A DNA stretch of 64,000 bases, taken from NCBI RefSeq assembly GCF_002105155.1, contig NW_019028982.1, positions 806,001-870,000 on the forward strand. The letters run 5' to 3'. Position numbers and translations under genes: made by a program. A model generated the notes under the pieces. It saw only the letters and a program-made list of their open reading frames with translations, searched no databases and had not been told where the DNA came from. This DNA is from Lobosporangium transversale. Lineage: Eukaryota. Below are positions 46,465-59,004 of the stretch, one piece after another; the first letter of the stretch is position 1, and each line of letters starts with the position of its first letter.

Positions 46465-46756
46465 ACAAGATTTTTAGAGCGCTAGGCTACCTATGCCAAA
46501 AGGTATATACTATGTAATGGGGAATAAAAAAAAACCTACTAAATAATCATATGCTTCACGCTTCATCTTTCTACGCAAGCTTGTACAACATTAACTATTT
46601 GATCATGGAATTTAAGATCGCTCCTGACTCCTTTTCTGTGTTCTGTGAAACAAAAGATTGTTATTTCATTTCCGTTCTATCCGGTTTCAATTTTTTTTTT
46701 CTTTTTTTTTTTTAATCCGCAGCAATCCCATTGGGTATTCAAGTTTAAATCGTTTA

Positions 46757-48967
46757 TCACTCCTCAATGATTTCCAACCTCGGATTTAGGGCCATCAGAT
46801 ATTGCAACTGTGATCTCGAAGGACCCCGATAACATAGCCACTTGCTGATGGCCAACGATTCCAGTCTCTCCGATCCCAGGACAAACGCACAGATCCCAGC
46901 GATGGTAAATCCTGTACAATTCACAACATACACCCGTGTCAATCGCCTCATCTCCATAGCCATCTTCCTCAACAACTCATCCGAAATCGGCCATTTTCCA
47001 TGCAACTCCAGATCCAACAATTGGGTCGCTAAGCAAATATCTGAGACCCGTCTCTTCATCTCATCCACAGTCACTCTATCTTCGCTATTCGAATACATAT
47101 ATGTCGGTAATGCCAACTTTAAAGTCGTCAACATCGGGCAGTACTTTAGCGCAGACAGATCAAAGATGGAGGCAACCTCGCCCTCTAATTCTAAAACTGT
47201 CAGCCGTGGTAATGTCCAGGACCATGTCAAAGGCATAAAACTGTGAGTCGGCAATGCTGTTATCTCAATAGTGGCCAAAGATTCTGCCTTGAGACTTTCG
47301 AGCGAGTCTCGAAACCCATCCAGAGCATCCCTTAAGACAGGAACCAAATCTCTATCTTCGCCACACAGCTGTAGCGATTTAATATTGACTCTTGCACGTC
47401 GCTTCTCTTCAAACTCGTGCCATTCTGGATGATAATGATGTCGTAGTTGCCATGAGGTTGGGAAAGGAAGCGGAGACGATGATGGGACAGATGTTGCTGT
47501 TGTTGCTAATGTAGCTGCTGTTGCAGACGGCGACAATAATGAAGATGATGAGAGTGATGTCAATGAGTTGGATATTAAGTATGGACCGTCATTGCAACTA
47601 CTGCCACTGCTGCTCATGCTGCTTTTACTGTCACTGCTGCTGGTTCTACTGTTACTTCCAGTCAGTGGAACAGATCCTGGCCTGCTAGGCGCCGATGCTG
47701 CTGCTGCTGCCCCTCGTCGACGGGCCAATGATGACGACGATGATAGAGTTGCTAGTCGAGCCTTTTTTGCCCATGCAAACAAACCCTCATCACGCACAGG
47801 CATTCGGAGCTCCTCCAGCATCAGACATGATTCCAAGTACTGCGCGACCATCATATTAGGTGGCGGCATATCTCCCATTCCCAACAATAACGTCTTCAAA
47901 TACTCGTGTGGAATGTGATTCAAGACTAGGATTGCCTCTCTCCAGCACCTTGCATCCACTACAGTAGGTGTTCGCATCGACTGCACAATCTTGACTAGGC
48001 CACAGTGGGCCCTATTCTGATGTGGATGTTGGTTCAGATCTTCAGCGCCTTTGATCTTAATCTCCCTCAACGTATTATGTACGGCATCATGTACTCGGAT
48101 GAACTCTATTATGCCTTCCATCTTGCATCCATATGGGATCTCTGATAGTTCGAGTCGTACCAAGCTTCGTAATATCATGACATAGGGAACAAGTACGAGG
48201 GGGGCCCGTAAGAAGGATTGGCCAATCACCTTGATATCTTCGGGACAATACATGATCATAGCCATCGCCACATCGATCTGTAGGTCTGGTGTATTCTTGC
48301 TCTCATCAAGGATATACATATTGGTTTTGGATGCCAACTCTCGTAGGTTGACCAACGGCTGCCATAGATCTACATGGTATTGATGGGTATAAAATCGTAG
48401 ATAGTCCAATGTGGCGGGAGGCTGATGAAGTGAATTCTTTTTTTGTAATTTGAATAGTTGCTGTTGTTGCTGCTGTTGCTGCTGCAAACGATGATGAAAG
48501 CTTGCTGACACCATCACTGCAGGCGACGGTGATGGTGCGGATATAGGTATTGGCGCCGAAGTTGCCGATCCACTTGTATGGTTGTTTATTGTTGCTTCTA
48601 GTGTAGCATTTGATAATAGGGATGGAGGTGAGGATGATCTCAACGGGTTGATGGGTACTGGTGCTTGCAATGGCACCGGCACTGGTTGCTGTTGTTGTTG
48701 TGATGGTGATGTGTAGCTCAAGGCAGTTCTTGAGGACAATAACAGGGCCAGGAGTATAGTAGATCGTCTGTCTTTCTCATCTCTAGACCAATAGCGTGTT
48801 TTCTCGATGAGCTGAAAAGGCGATCGATAGAGAATAGGCGTGGCGCGTGCAAACAACTTCCGACTCGCAAGGACGAGCGCATGAAGCGCCTGTCGTTCTT
48901 CAACAAGATACGCTACAATCAAATCAATACATTCGTCCGGCAAGGGGAGATTGGATGCCAACACCAT
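46757..48967 (-). CDS. F-box-like / LRR (RNI-like) protein
   Basis: N-terminal LPDECIDLIVAYL...LHALVLASRKLF...PILY (F-box-like), C-terminal LxxLxL repeats, polyQ and Ser-rich inserts; intronless. Confidence 0.75.
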   Translation of the reverse strand: MVLASNLPLPDECIDLIVAYLVEERQALHALVLASRKLFARATPILYRSPFQLIEKTRYWSRDEKDRRSTILLALLLSSRTALSYTSPSQQQQQPVPVPLQAPVPINPLRSSSPPSLLSNATLEATINNHTSGSATSAPIPISAPSPSPAVMVSASFHHRLQQQQQQQQQLFKLQKKNSLHQPPATLDYLRFYTHQYHVDLWQPLVNLRELASKTNMYILDESKNTPDLQIDVAMAMIMYCPEDIKVIGQSFLRAPLVLVPYVMILRSLVRLELSEIPYGCKMEGIIEFIRVHDAVHNTLREIKIKGAEDLNQHPHQNRAHCGLVKIVQSMRTPTVVDARCWREAILVLNHIPHEYLKTLLLGMGDMPPPNMMVAQYLESCLMLEELRMPVRDEGLFAWAKKARLATLSSSSSLARRRGAAAAASAPSRPGSVPLTGSNSRTSSSDSKSSMSSSGSSCNDGPYLISNSLTSLSSSSLLSPSATAATLATTATSVPSSSPLPFPTSWQLRHHYHPEWHEFEEKRRARVNIKSLQLCGEDRDLVPVLRDALDGFRDSLESLKAESLATIEITALPTHSFMPLTWSWTLPRLTVLELEGEVASIFDLSALKYCPMLTTLKLALPTYMYSNSEDRVTVDEMKRRVSDICLATQLLDLELHGKWPISDELLRKMAMEMRRLTRVYVVNCTGFTIAGICAFVLGSERLESLAISKWLCYRGPSRSQLQYLMALNPRLEIIEE

Positions 48968-49715
48968 GGATATCACACCTCGTGGCTGATAAACAAATCA
49001 AAGACACACAGCTGTAAAACGAGGAGAGAGGAAGGAAAAGGAAAAGGATTAAAAAAAAAACAAAGAAAAAAAGTATTGTATATGCGAATGGGAAAGGGGA
49101 GGAAAGAGAGCCAAGCGAAAAAAGAGAAAATTGGAGGATAGAAGATAGGTCTTGTTTTGTTGCTCTGCTTTGATTTGTACGAGCTTTTGCTTGATTGTTT
49201 ATGAACTGATGCAGGTTGATGCTTGGTGTTGCGTTTTGACAACTGCTTTGTTGTTAATAAAAAAAAAGGGGGGAGAGGGGCGGGGGGGGGGGAAGAAAAG
49301 GAAAAGAAGATAGCACGTTGTCCTTGTTGCTTCTTGTTAACAGGAATAAAAAGAAGAAAAATAAAGGTTATAGAATGTTATGCAGAGTAAATGGTGTGTA
49401 ATAATTGGGTCAATGGAATAAATGCACAGCTTCCTTTTTAGCAACAATTCGGATCATCCAATTGATAATTGACTGAAGACTAAAACCGAGACCGATAAGG
49501 TTGGCGGGACTGCTTGCTTTAAAAAACACTAATGCACACACCTTGCGCACACACCCACGAGAAAGGAAAAATAAGAAATAAAAAAAAGGAAAAAAGGAAA
49601 AAAAGAAAAAAAGGAAGTAATGAAAGAAAGAGAAAAAGTAAATAAATAAAATAGGTTGTATAAAAGTTGGAACAAGATGATAGATGGATAATATGACCGA
49701 GATGAGAAGATGTTT

Positions 49716-49782
49716 ATGAATGAATGAATGAATGAATGAATGAATGAATGAATGAATGAATGAATGAATGAATGAATGAATG
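49716..49782. repeat. (GAAT)n microsatellite
   Basis: Long perfect tetranucleotide run. Confidence 0.95.
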
Positions 49783-51962
49783 TAAATGAAAAACAAAAAC
49801 AAAAAAAAAAAAAAAAAAAAAAAAAAGAATGCGAACAAGATGATGATCGATGCAACCACGACAAAACAAAAGACTCGAGTACGAGAATAAGAGAGTCGGA
49901 ATGGATAAAGAGAAAAAGAATGAAACGAGAACAAGAATGAGAATGAAAGGTGGAAATGAGAATGAGTGTGGAAACGAATGTACAAAGAGCAAGGGAGGGA
50001 AAAAGAGGACGGCGCGTCCCGAGTGAAGACAAAAAAAGAAAGAAACGAAAACTTTTGCTGTGAATCATAAATGAAAAATTTCTCTCCTTTTTATGCTTTT
50101 TTTTTTTTCGTTGTACGCAAATGGTGTATGACAGATTTACTCACATGTGCGAATGCTTGCAGATAACAGTGCATTGTATTGTGTTCATGGTATTTTTTGT
50201 GCAGCTCATGGGCCTAGTATCAATGAGGTACATGTATTTACCATTCTTTTTTTTTCTGTTGCAGGAGAGTAAAGTTAGCGAGCTGCAAGCAAAGAAAAGA
50301 TGGACAGAAAGGGGTGGAGAAAATTATGACAGACGGAAATGCGAAATTGTTCACCAATTACAACGACGCGCTTCTTTCTCTCTTTTTTTTTCTTGATCTC
50401 TTTCTTGGACTTGCCCTACTTTGTTACTTTTTTAATTTTTATTTTTATTGTATGTTATTTTATTTCATTTTCTATTTTTTTATAATCCGCTCTCATTGGT
50501 AATCAATAATCAGACCGGGGCCCAATGTTCAAAAATGCGAAGCAGCAATGCATTGCTCGTGTGGTGTAGATGCAAACTGGAAAACAGACAAGTCAGGCAG
50601 ACAGGCGGACAGGCAGACAGGCAGAAAGTAACACGAGGCAAAGAGGTGCGTACGCGTTGATTGTATGGTTCTGTTGAGCAGAGTACGGAGTGGGAGAGAT
50701 GAGAGTAAAAATGCTTCCTCAAAAAGAAAGTTGAGACATATATAGAAATGTTGTGAACAAAACACATTCCTTGTGGTAATGGATGGAAACGGAGCCGTCG
50801 TGGTTCTGAGAAGGCCAAGTGAGAAGAGCAGAGGGATTAGTTGATTCGGACCTATCAGCGCACAGAAAGTGATCCAACAAAAATAAAAAAAGGACAAATT
50901 AAGAGGACCCTGCCCTTTTCTGCCAGCATTTATCCGTCTTGACATTTGATCCCCCGATGCAAATGATGTTGTAAAGGATTTCCAATGTTGATGGATGAGC
51001 CCTCTTCTGCTTTGCTGCTTTGCTGCTTTGCTGCTTTGCTTTGCTTCGCATTTTTTGTTGTTCTGCTGTCTTCAATACTGCTTTGTTGTTAATTGTCTTT
51101 CCTTGCTCTCGTTTTTTTTTTTCTTTTACGTTCATAATAATAACTCATCTCACTTTTCGCCTATTCCTATATATCCTCCTGTCTATTGACATTAGGTGAT
51201 ATATCCTACGACATGAGCCTCTTTCTAACTTTCTATTGTTTTCTTTCCGTTGATCACCCGGTTCACTGGCTCAAAAGACCGCATTGTCCGCACATAATAC
51301 GTTTGATATTTTTATGAGTGGATCCAATCGACCACATCGAGATCCAAAAATCATATCAGCAAGCAACATTACCAAAAATGTATACTGATGCTCTTTTTTT
51401 TTTTTTTTCAGGTAGTCCAGTAGAAATAGGACGTCAACATAGTAGCCACATTTATGATTCTGGTAACTACATATTATCCTGTCAAATTTTAATTTTATTT
51501 AGAGCAAATAAACAGACAAAAAAAAAAGACTACCGCCATTGGTGCAAAAATAAGTACGGTGGTGAGTTGAGCGAAAAATATTTTCCATTTTTTTTTTTGT
51601 TGGTTGCGCTTTTTTCTTACAATTGGCTTCTTAATGTCTAATGGCTTTGTAAGAACGCGACTATGGAAAGCAAATATTTGTAATACCATGTGGCTGGGGA
51701 GGGGAATAAAGGGACCATCCTCCGATTCTGTTCCTGAATGACTGTTTCTTCCAAATCAAAGTTCTTATGTTTTGGTCTCGAGCGCAGTTGTTGAAAAACT
51801 TGAAAATGCCAAGACTAATGTTTGTGACAGAGATTGTGGGCTGTAGCTCTTAGGGCTTGTATCTACAATGGAACTATTTATTATTTCTCGTAACAATCGC
51901 CTAATTCTCTCTCTCTCTCTCGCTTTCCTCTTCCCATCCCCCAATAAACTAAACCTGCCACC

Positions 51963-53375
51963 ATGAAAGGCCCTCAAAACAGCAACGATACCATTCATGA
52001 TACTTCTGATATACCTGCTCCACAACCCCCTTCAATTCAATCCACAGCGCCATCTTCTGCACCACCCTCTACTTCGCTCTACTCACCCTTTACATTCACG
52101 GTTGACCAGACTTCTAGTGCAGCACTTTTATCGCCATTTTCTACAGTATCCACATCAGCAATAACTTCCTCATCATCTCCACCATCTTTAGCATTGTTAT
52201 CACCGACAGAAACAGCGCCCTATGATGATGCCCCACCTTCGTACGAAGCTACGATTGACAAAGACAACCTCCCACAAATCCATAATGACTATGACCATCT
52301 TTGTGGCCCACCTAGTCAGCGAGGCGTCGAGCTTAAAGGCAGGATCCCCATGGAATCATTGAATGCATCCCTGTATAATCAACAGTCTTCCACTGCAGAA
52401 TCCAGTGGTGCTGTTGGTACAAGTAGTGCTTCTTCTTCTTCAGGTCCTCGTATTTTCTCACCTGCACCTCCTCGTCCGAATGAATCCAACTATGTGCCCA
52501 TTCAACATTCCCCTACTACTGCCAATGCACCCGAGCTTGGCTTACGAGGCCAGATTTCTCTCGATGATGAGGAAGAAGGCGATTTTGCAAATGATATGGA
52601 TCGCTTATTAGGCACAAATCATGACAACGACCAAGACTACAGTCATAATGCTACTACTAATGGGGAAGCGGAAGAAGAGACAGGTTCATCCAGTTGGTCA
52701 ATTGCGGGTGATGGAAGAGCCTGGGCAGCATTGACCTATATGATCTTCATGATCTTACCATGGTCCGTTTTTTGTTTCACATGGACATTTATTTGGGCGT
52801 TGATGGCGTTCTGTTTAATGATCATTCCGCCTCTAGGCTATCCATTTGTTATCTTCTCAGCTACATCTTGGCGTGCATTGGCTCGTGTGGACTTGGCTCT
52901 TTCAGCAGCGCTGGTCTCGAACAAGGTTCGACAAAAATATCCCAATGTGCCTGCACGGATTTTTATTGCATCAGAACCTGATCCCAGACCTCCTTCATGG
53001 AAACCTCCAAGTCTGTTTGGGATTCAAATTCCATTGCCTCAATTTATCCTTCAACGATTGGAAAGGAGACATACTTCGAGACACTGGGGCTCGCTTCGTC
53101 GACAACGATATAAGAATATGTGGGATAGAGGGGCGAAGCATTTGAAAGCAACCATGGATCGACATACATACAGGTCTATGGTTTATTTCATGTTCTGGAA
53201 GTTGATGCTGGCATCGATGTTGACCTGTTTCATCTGGCTCTTGTTTCTAATGACGCTCCCAATGTTGATGTGCCTGATGCCAACGTTATTGGTGGTTTCG
53301 AGGAAATTTGCAAACTGGCAGTATCGATGGGCTGTCTATTGGCTTAGTGAAAAACCTGCACCTATTGTTGTATGA
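51963..53375 (+). CDS. Membrane protein with PPxY motif and a four-TM 'putative sensor'-like domain
   Basis: 470 aa intronless ORF. The disordered S/P-rich N-terminus carries APPSYE; two TM hairpins begin DGRAWAALTY...LPW and DRHTYRSMVYFMFWKL. Confidence 0.8.
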   Translation: MKGPQNSNDTIHDTSDIPAPQPPSIQSTAPSSAPPSTSLYSPFTFTVDQTSSAALLSPFSTVSTSAITSSSSPPSLALLSPTETAPYDDAPPSYEATIDKDNLPQIHNDYDHLCGPPSQRGVELKGRIPMESLNASLYNQQSSTAESSGAVGTSSASSSSGPRIFSPAPPRPNESNYVPIQHSPTTANAPELGLRGQISLDDEEEGDFANDMDRLLGTNHDNDQDYSHNATTNGEAEEETGSSSWSIAGDGRAWAALTYMIFMILPWSVFCFTWTFIWALMAFCLMIIPPLGYPFVIFSATSWRALARVDLALSAALVSNKVRQKYPNVPARIFIASEPDPRPPSWKPPSLFGIQIPLPQFILQRLERRHTSRHWGSLRRQRYKNMWDRGAKHLKATMDRHTYRSMVYFMFWKLMLASMLTCFIWLLFLMTLPMLMCLMPTLLVVSRKFANWQYRWAVYWLSEKPAPIVV

Positions 53376-53565
53376 TGGAATCATATTCATAATGACAACG
53401 ATCCCGTTTTCATGCTCGCTTATAAACCCTTATTAAAAAAAATTTGCTCTTTGCCTGGGAAATTATTGCACAGTTCGTTTTTTTTTAGGGTAAAAATGTT
53501 TTATTGCAATTAGTGAATCTAAAATATCTTGCGAAAAAGGAAAAAATGTAATTTTGGTTTGTTTT

Positions 53566-55625
53566 TTAAATGTCCTCTACAATCCTAATGGGAGGCAAGT
53601 TCTCATAACAGATCCTGTAGATTGTGGTCATAAGAGGGAATTCATGGCATAGATTATTCTTTGACAAGATGTTGTACATGTCCTTGGCGGTTGAAGTTCC
53701 CTGGAGCTTTTGACCGTTCAACATCTCTTGTTCCAACTGATCAAATGACTTGCCAGTCACGACATGAGCCTCAGCAACTTTACGGTTACGGCCTCCTGCA
53801 CAGGTAGTGATCAAGTCTGCAACACCGCAGGATTCAAAGAAGGTCTCGTCCCTAACATCCTTGTAAAACATTTGCGAGAACTTGCGCATTTCATACAGGC
53901 CGATACGGATAATCGCAGCCTTGGTGTTATCACCAAGCCTAAAAGGATTAGAAAGGAGAGTAAGGTGTGATGTGTGTGTGAGTATGAATGTGATATCAGA
54001 TAAAATGGTTCTGAAAAAAGACAGGTCATTGGTTATAAAGACTTACTTCAGGCCATCGACCAATCCTCCACCGATTGCAACGATGTTCTTGAGAGCACCA
54101 CACAATTCAACACCGACAACATCTTCAACAATGTTGACACGGAAGGAAGGGGTATGGAAAATCTCCTTGAACAATTCACCGTCGGACCTGTTTCTGTATC
54201 CGATTGTAGTCTCACAGAAGCGCTCCTCTGCAACTTCGCTTGCAATGTTAGCTCCGCTGAGGATGCAGGAACGAATGTTCAATGACTCCTGAATCATGTC
54301 TGTGATCAATCGGAATCCATGTTCGTTGACATCAATACCCTTGATTAATGAGATGGCTTTGCAGTTTGGTTGAATCTTGCCTTTAAGCTGCTTGCAAATG
54401 CTGGCAACGAACTAACGTCAAGAAAAAGAAAAAAAGGAAAAAAAAGAAAAAAAAGGTTAAAAGATGTCAATTGAAAAAAAAAAAAAAAAAAAAAATGGTT
54501 GAGAGGAAATAGAATAGTTCCTCCTGTAAACACGTGCTTTGGTGCCTTGCATCCAATCTGCATTCCTGCTGTGTAAAAAAAAAAAAAAAAGTCTATTTTC
54601 AAGGACAAACGTCCCTTGAGTGCTCATTATACTCTCTCTATTTCCAACAATTGCTCTCTCATTTTCAAACTCCATTATTTTATCAGCGCACCCACCACAC
54701 ACACTCTATTTTGGCTCCTGTAAATATAGGCAACCAAGCCTAATCATGCCATAATATGAAACATTGACATGATTGCAGCATCCCAACATGTGAAAAATAA
54801 AAAAATAAAAAAAATATCATAAAACAAAACGGCGATAATAACAGTAATAGCCGTCGGCTTGATCACATATTGAAATGATACCATCTTACACTGGGATAGA
54901 AAAAGAATAATTAAAGGAACAAACACCGCCTATCAATGACCACCTATCACCAACAACCAACTTTAAAAAAATGAAAAGAGTATGCTAATAATAAAAGGGG
55001 CAGAGTGGATTTACGCACCTGATGAGGAACAACGAAAACAAGCATTGAAGCATCGCGGCAAGTCTCGACCAAATCAGGGCAAGCGACAATATTTTCCGGC
55101 AATTGAATTCCAGGGAGATATCTATTTGAGGAATTAGAGAGAGAGAGATCGAAGGATTAGAAAGGGTATACCAAGTATTTAAACTATATTGTGTGCAAAG
55201 TGATAAGACGAAAACGCTGCAGTGATCCTTTATGTATTTCAACTCCAAATCAATTCCGCCTTTTATCTTTTTTCTTCTTTTTGTTTTTTTTTTGTCATTT
55301 TGTTCATGTGTTGGATGCAATGATCCTCAAGTTGCTGATGTGAACGATGGTGATTGATTGATCTTTGACGGTCAAAGCTCCTTGAACTCCACTCTTGCCT
55401 TCTTCATCGTCTGTGTGATATCAAGGAGCAAATTATTTTTTTTTCCCTTTTTGCCTCTTCCTCTGTTTGTCTGCTTGTTTGCTTAAGACGTCCTTGTTCT
55501 TTTCACAATTATGACGCATGAGGACTGAACATTGATCCGGATCGGTACACGTTGGCGAGCAAATAGAGAAAATAAAAAAGATAAAAATAAAAATAAAAAG
55601 TGTGGGGTAGATAGACCACCACCAC

Positions 55626-55657
<32 letters not shown>

Positions 55658-55967
55658 ATACTTGACGTTCTCATGCTTGGTGTTGATGATTTCAGTGAGG
55701 TTCTGGCCATTGACTTTTTCTTCAAAGACCCACATTTTGACCTGATTGTCAAAGTGATCAAATCGCACAACATTACGACCAATGATTTTGGCGACAGCAG
55801 AGCCCCTTGTGGATAAAAAAAAAAAAAATGAACACATCAGAACATAAGTAAGGTGGACGAGCTTCGAGCAAATAGCTGTATGAATGCATCTCTGCTGCAT
55901 ATAGTTTCATTGTTTTATTGTTTTGTTACCAGTTGCCAGATCCGATGAGTGCTACTTTCTCAGTCAT
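53566..55967 (-). CDS. GPD1: NAD-dependent glycerol-3-phosphate dehydrogenase, 5 exons
   Basis: Spliced motifs [80 protein letters not shown] and NGQKLQG. Confidence 0.96.
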
Positions 55968-57196
55968 AGTGTATATATTTTTATGTGTATATGTGATGAT
56001 GTTGGAGGCAATCGATTCCGGAGAAGAACAGGACAAGACTGAAGGTGAGAGTGAGAGCGAGAGTGAGGACGAGTGAATGAGTGTTAATGAAAGATGAAGT
56101 GTGTTTGAATTGAATGGTGAGAGGTAATGAGTTCCTTTTTATACGTCTGATCAGATCTCTTTTTCCGTCTCAGCTTTAAAAAAAGCACGAGATAATGAAA
56201 TTAAATGCACACTCCTGCACAAACGATATCGATATTAATATCTTATATGAAAGCAACACCGACAATTCATTCCCGCATGTTTATTCATCCGTCCTTTGTT
56301 CTCTCCGAACGAAAAAGAAATTTTTTTTGCACATGTGTTTCTAACTCTTATGAAAGACCTTAAAAAAAAAAAAGCGCATGCTCATGATATTCAACATCCG
56401 TGCCAAGGCAAGCCCGATAGGACATCCAATATGGTTCCCATGTGGAATGTTTAATATGGAAAATGTTTAATACGTCTATGCTCTATCTTCATTATCTCAA
56501 AACAATCGAAAGAGCAAAAAAAAACAAAGCGTCAAAGTCCGCGAACATTATCACTATCTCAAATTTGAATTCATAATTTGTATCATCTGTTAACGGAATG
56601 TCTGAATGTCTGATGCTGACTGATGGTGCTACTTTTCTCTTTTAAAAAGATTTTATCAGTCAGCATTAAATTCCTTTGTGTCCCCCTTGTGTAATCTTTT
56701 TCGGTTCACAAATTCATCCGACTTGACATCTTTCATGTACATTCCAGTCCATTACATATGGTTGCTCCAATTGCGACTCGAATGACTTGCTCGGATAGTC
56801 TCAAACTATCTGTCCCTTTATCCTTACTTCTTTCTTTATAGTAATGCTAACCCGGTGTAGGTGCCAATCCTTCTTCTCGTCGAAAAAAGTTGCAGTTGAA
56901 GAAAGAACCTTGAATGGCATGCGCTTATTATTATTATTTTATCTGAGAATGGATTAGTGAATGCAGTGTAGAACGCTATGACCAACAAACACAAGTAAGT
57001 GTCCATAAAACATCCTTTTCGGCATTAAAGTTGCCGTTAGAAAAAAGAGAAGTCCCACGCTTTTTTTTTTTTTTTTTTTTGCAATTGTGTCATGTTCCTG
57101 TTTTCTTCTTTTGGTATCCCCCACTCACTTACTATTCCTCCCGTCTTGATTGTCTCTTTTCTTGCCGCTATCCGATCCGAAACCAGATCAGTAACC

Positions 57197-58260
57197 ATGG
57201 CTGCTACTCCTGAACAAAAACGAATCTTTTTGACAGCGCTCCGTCATTCATTCCAAAAAATGGGTTTGGACATTGTTCATCCTTTTGCCGCACAGAGGTA
57301 CCTTTTTTTTTTCTTCATTCATTCACTCATTCCTTTTTTTTTTTTTTTTTTTTTTTTTTTGTGCATACATTACTCACTTAAAGATAAACAATCAACTCTA
57401 GCTACAATGCTACAGCCCTGGGCCAGAAGAACCCAATGCATACTTTCAACCAGGCCTCAACTCTATCACTTATTATCGGTAGCAATAAAACTTTTTGGCA
57501 TACCTTTTTGGCACAGCATGACCCTTCCAAACTCAAGACCGCTGAAGAACGAAAGGATCCCATGGATCATTACTGTGAACGACTAATTCCTCAAATTACC
57601 TTGGAGGCCCTCAAGGAAGCCAAGTTGTATTCGGATCAAGAGGGCAATGAGTTCACAACTGCATTTTCAGTAGCCTTCTCTCATTGGCGGATCACCATGC
57701 CTCCTGCAGGAACCCCTCCTCCAGGATCAAAGCCTACAGGATTTGTGGCCCCGCCTGTCAACACTCTCCCGATCCAACATGTAGCACATGCAGCTGGCTT
57801 TGCATACTTTAACCCTGTAGCCTTCTTGAATGTCCATCCTGTCTATGGTCCATGGTTCGGAATGCGATCAATTGTGATGGTGGATTTGCCATACGATATC
57901 TCTGACAATGAGACATTATTGATTACAGATGAAAACGCCACAGGGACATACTCAAAAGACTCTCAACCGATTGATTTCAACCCTGCATTCCGAGACTTAT
58001 CTCCTGTGCAGATGGAGCTACAGACAGCAGCGCTAGAGAAGACCAAAACTGCATTATTAACAAAAGGATGGGATCCTGCAGATTGGGAGGAATGGGTGGC
58101 GTTTCGACAGAGTTTGGCCCGCGATCGGCTGGATTGGCTTGCATGGCGATATTCAGACGATCAGATGCGGTATCATTATATGAAACAGCCAGAGTTTTTG
58201 GATGAATGCGCCCGCAAGTATCGCCAAGAAAGACAACTCCATCAACAAGGAGTACATTAG
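57197..58260 (+). CDS. MMACHC: CblC/MMACHC-like cobalamin-processing enzyme (cyanocobalamin reductase/dealkylase), 2 exons
   Basis: Intron at 57298-57401. Motifs GLDIVHPF...YN, IIGSNKTFW, DPMDHY, IQHVAHAAGFAY, VHPVYGPWFGMR and W..FR...YSDDQMRYHY are typical of MMACHC. Confidence 0.85.
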
Positions 58261-59004
58261 TATGAGATCTCTATTTAGAAATTTGTAATATATACCGAGC
58301 TTATTTAATAAGCGGATCGCGGCGCGGTGTTTAATGGACACTTAATAGAATAAACGTCAATGGCTCAAACAAGAGTAGAAACTTAGTGGCACATAAGAAA
58401 TCTCTATTATCTTATTCAAATGTATATAACAAGAATAAAGTTCCTTGCCTTATGTACTCTCTAAGGTAACCATCCAAACTGTTGACCATTCTATACGTTG
58501 GTGGGGTGAGAGGGATCTGTAAGGAAAAATAAGACATATGGGCTCCTTAGAGGCTGTGGGTATAATTACGCCAGTAATCAATAATACATGTCTTCTCCAG
58601 TCGTTCTTGGTCCTAAAGATGCAAAGAGTCGTCATTGATGATTAAACAAGGATGTCCTTATTGATATGTGGCGTAAGTAATAGCGATACAGAATCAATAA
58701 ACACAGCATAAGAGCATAGGTGTTTATTGGTACGTGTGCATTTGACATTGACCATGATAGGACAGATAAAGAAGAACAAAGTAATGACAATAAAGGAGCT
58801 TTCAATATGGGTTGGACATACTTGGTCATAGCATCATCGGTTGCATTAGTAGCAGCAGCAGTAGTGTTGGCAGTAGCGACGGTAGTTGTAGTGATGGTAG
58901 TCAGTGACTTCAGGAAGTCTTACGACCATTATCTGCACCGGCCCATCCTGTATTTAATTATGTTTGAGTTACAGAACAACTAGTATACTTTTTTAACTTA
59001 GATG

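Noticed and set aside
49410..50068. ORFs of 191/179 aa with (HSFI)n
   Set aside because: Translation of the (GAAT)n microsatellite and A-rich intergenic DNA.
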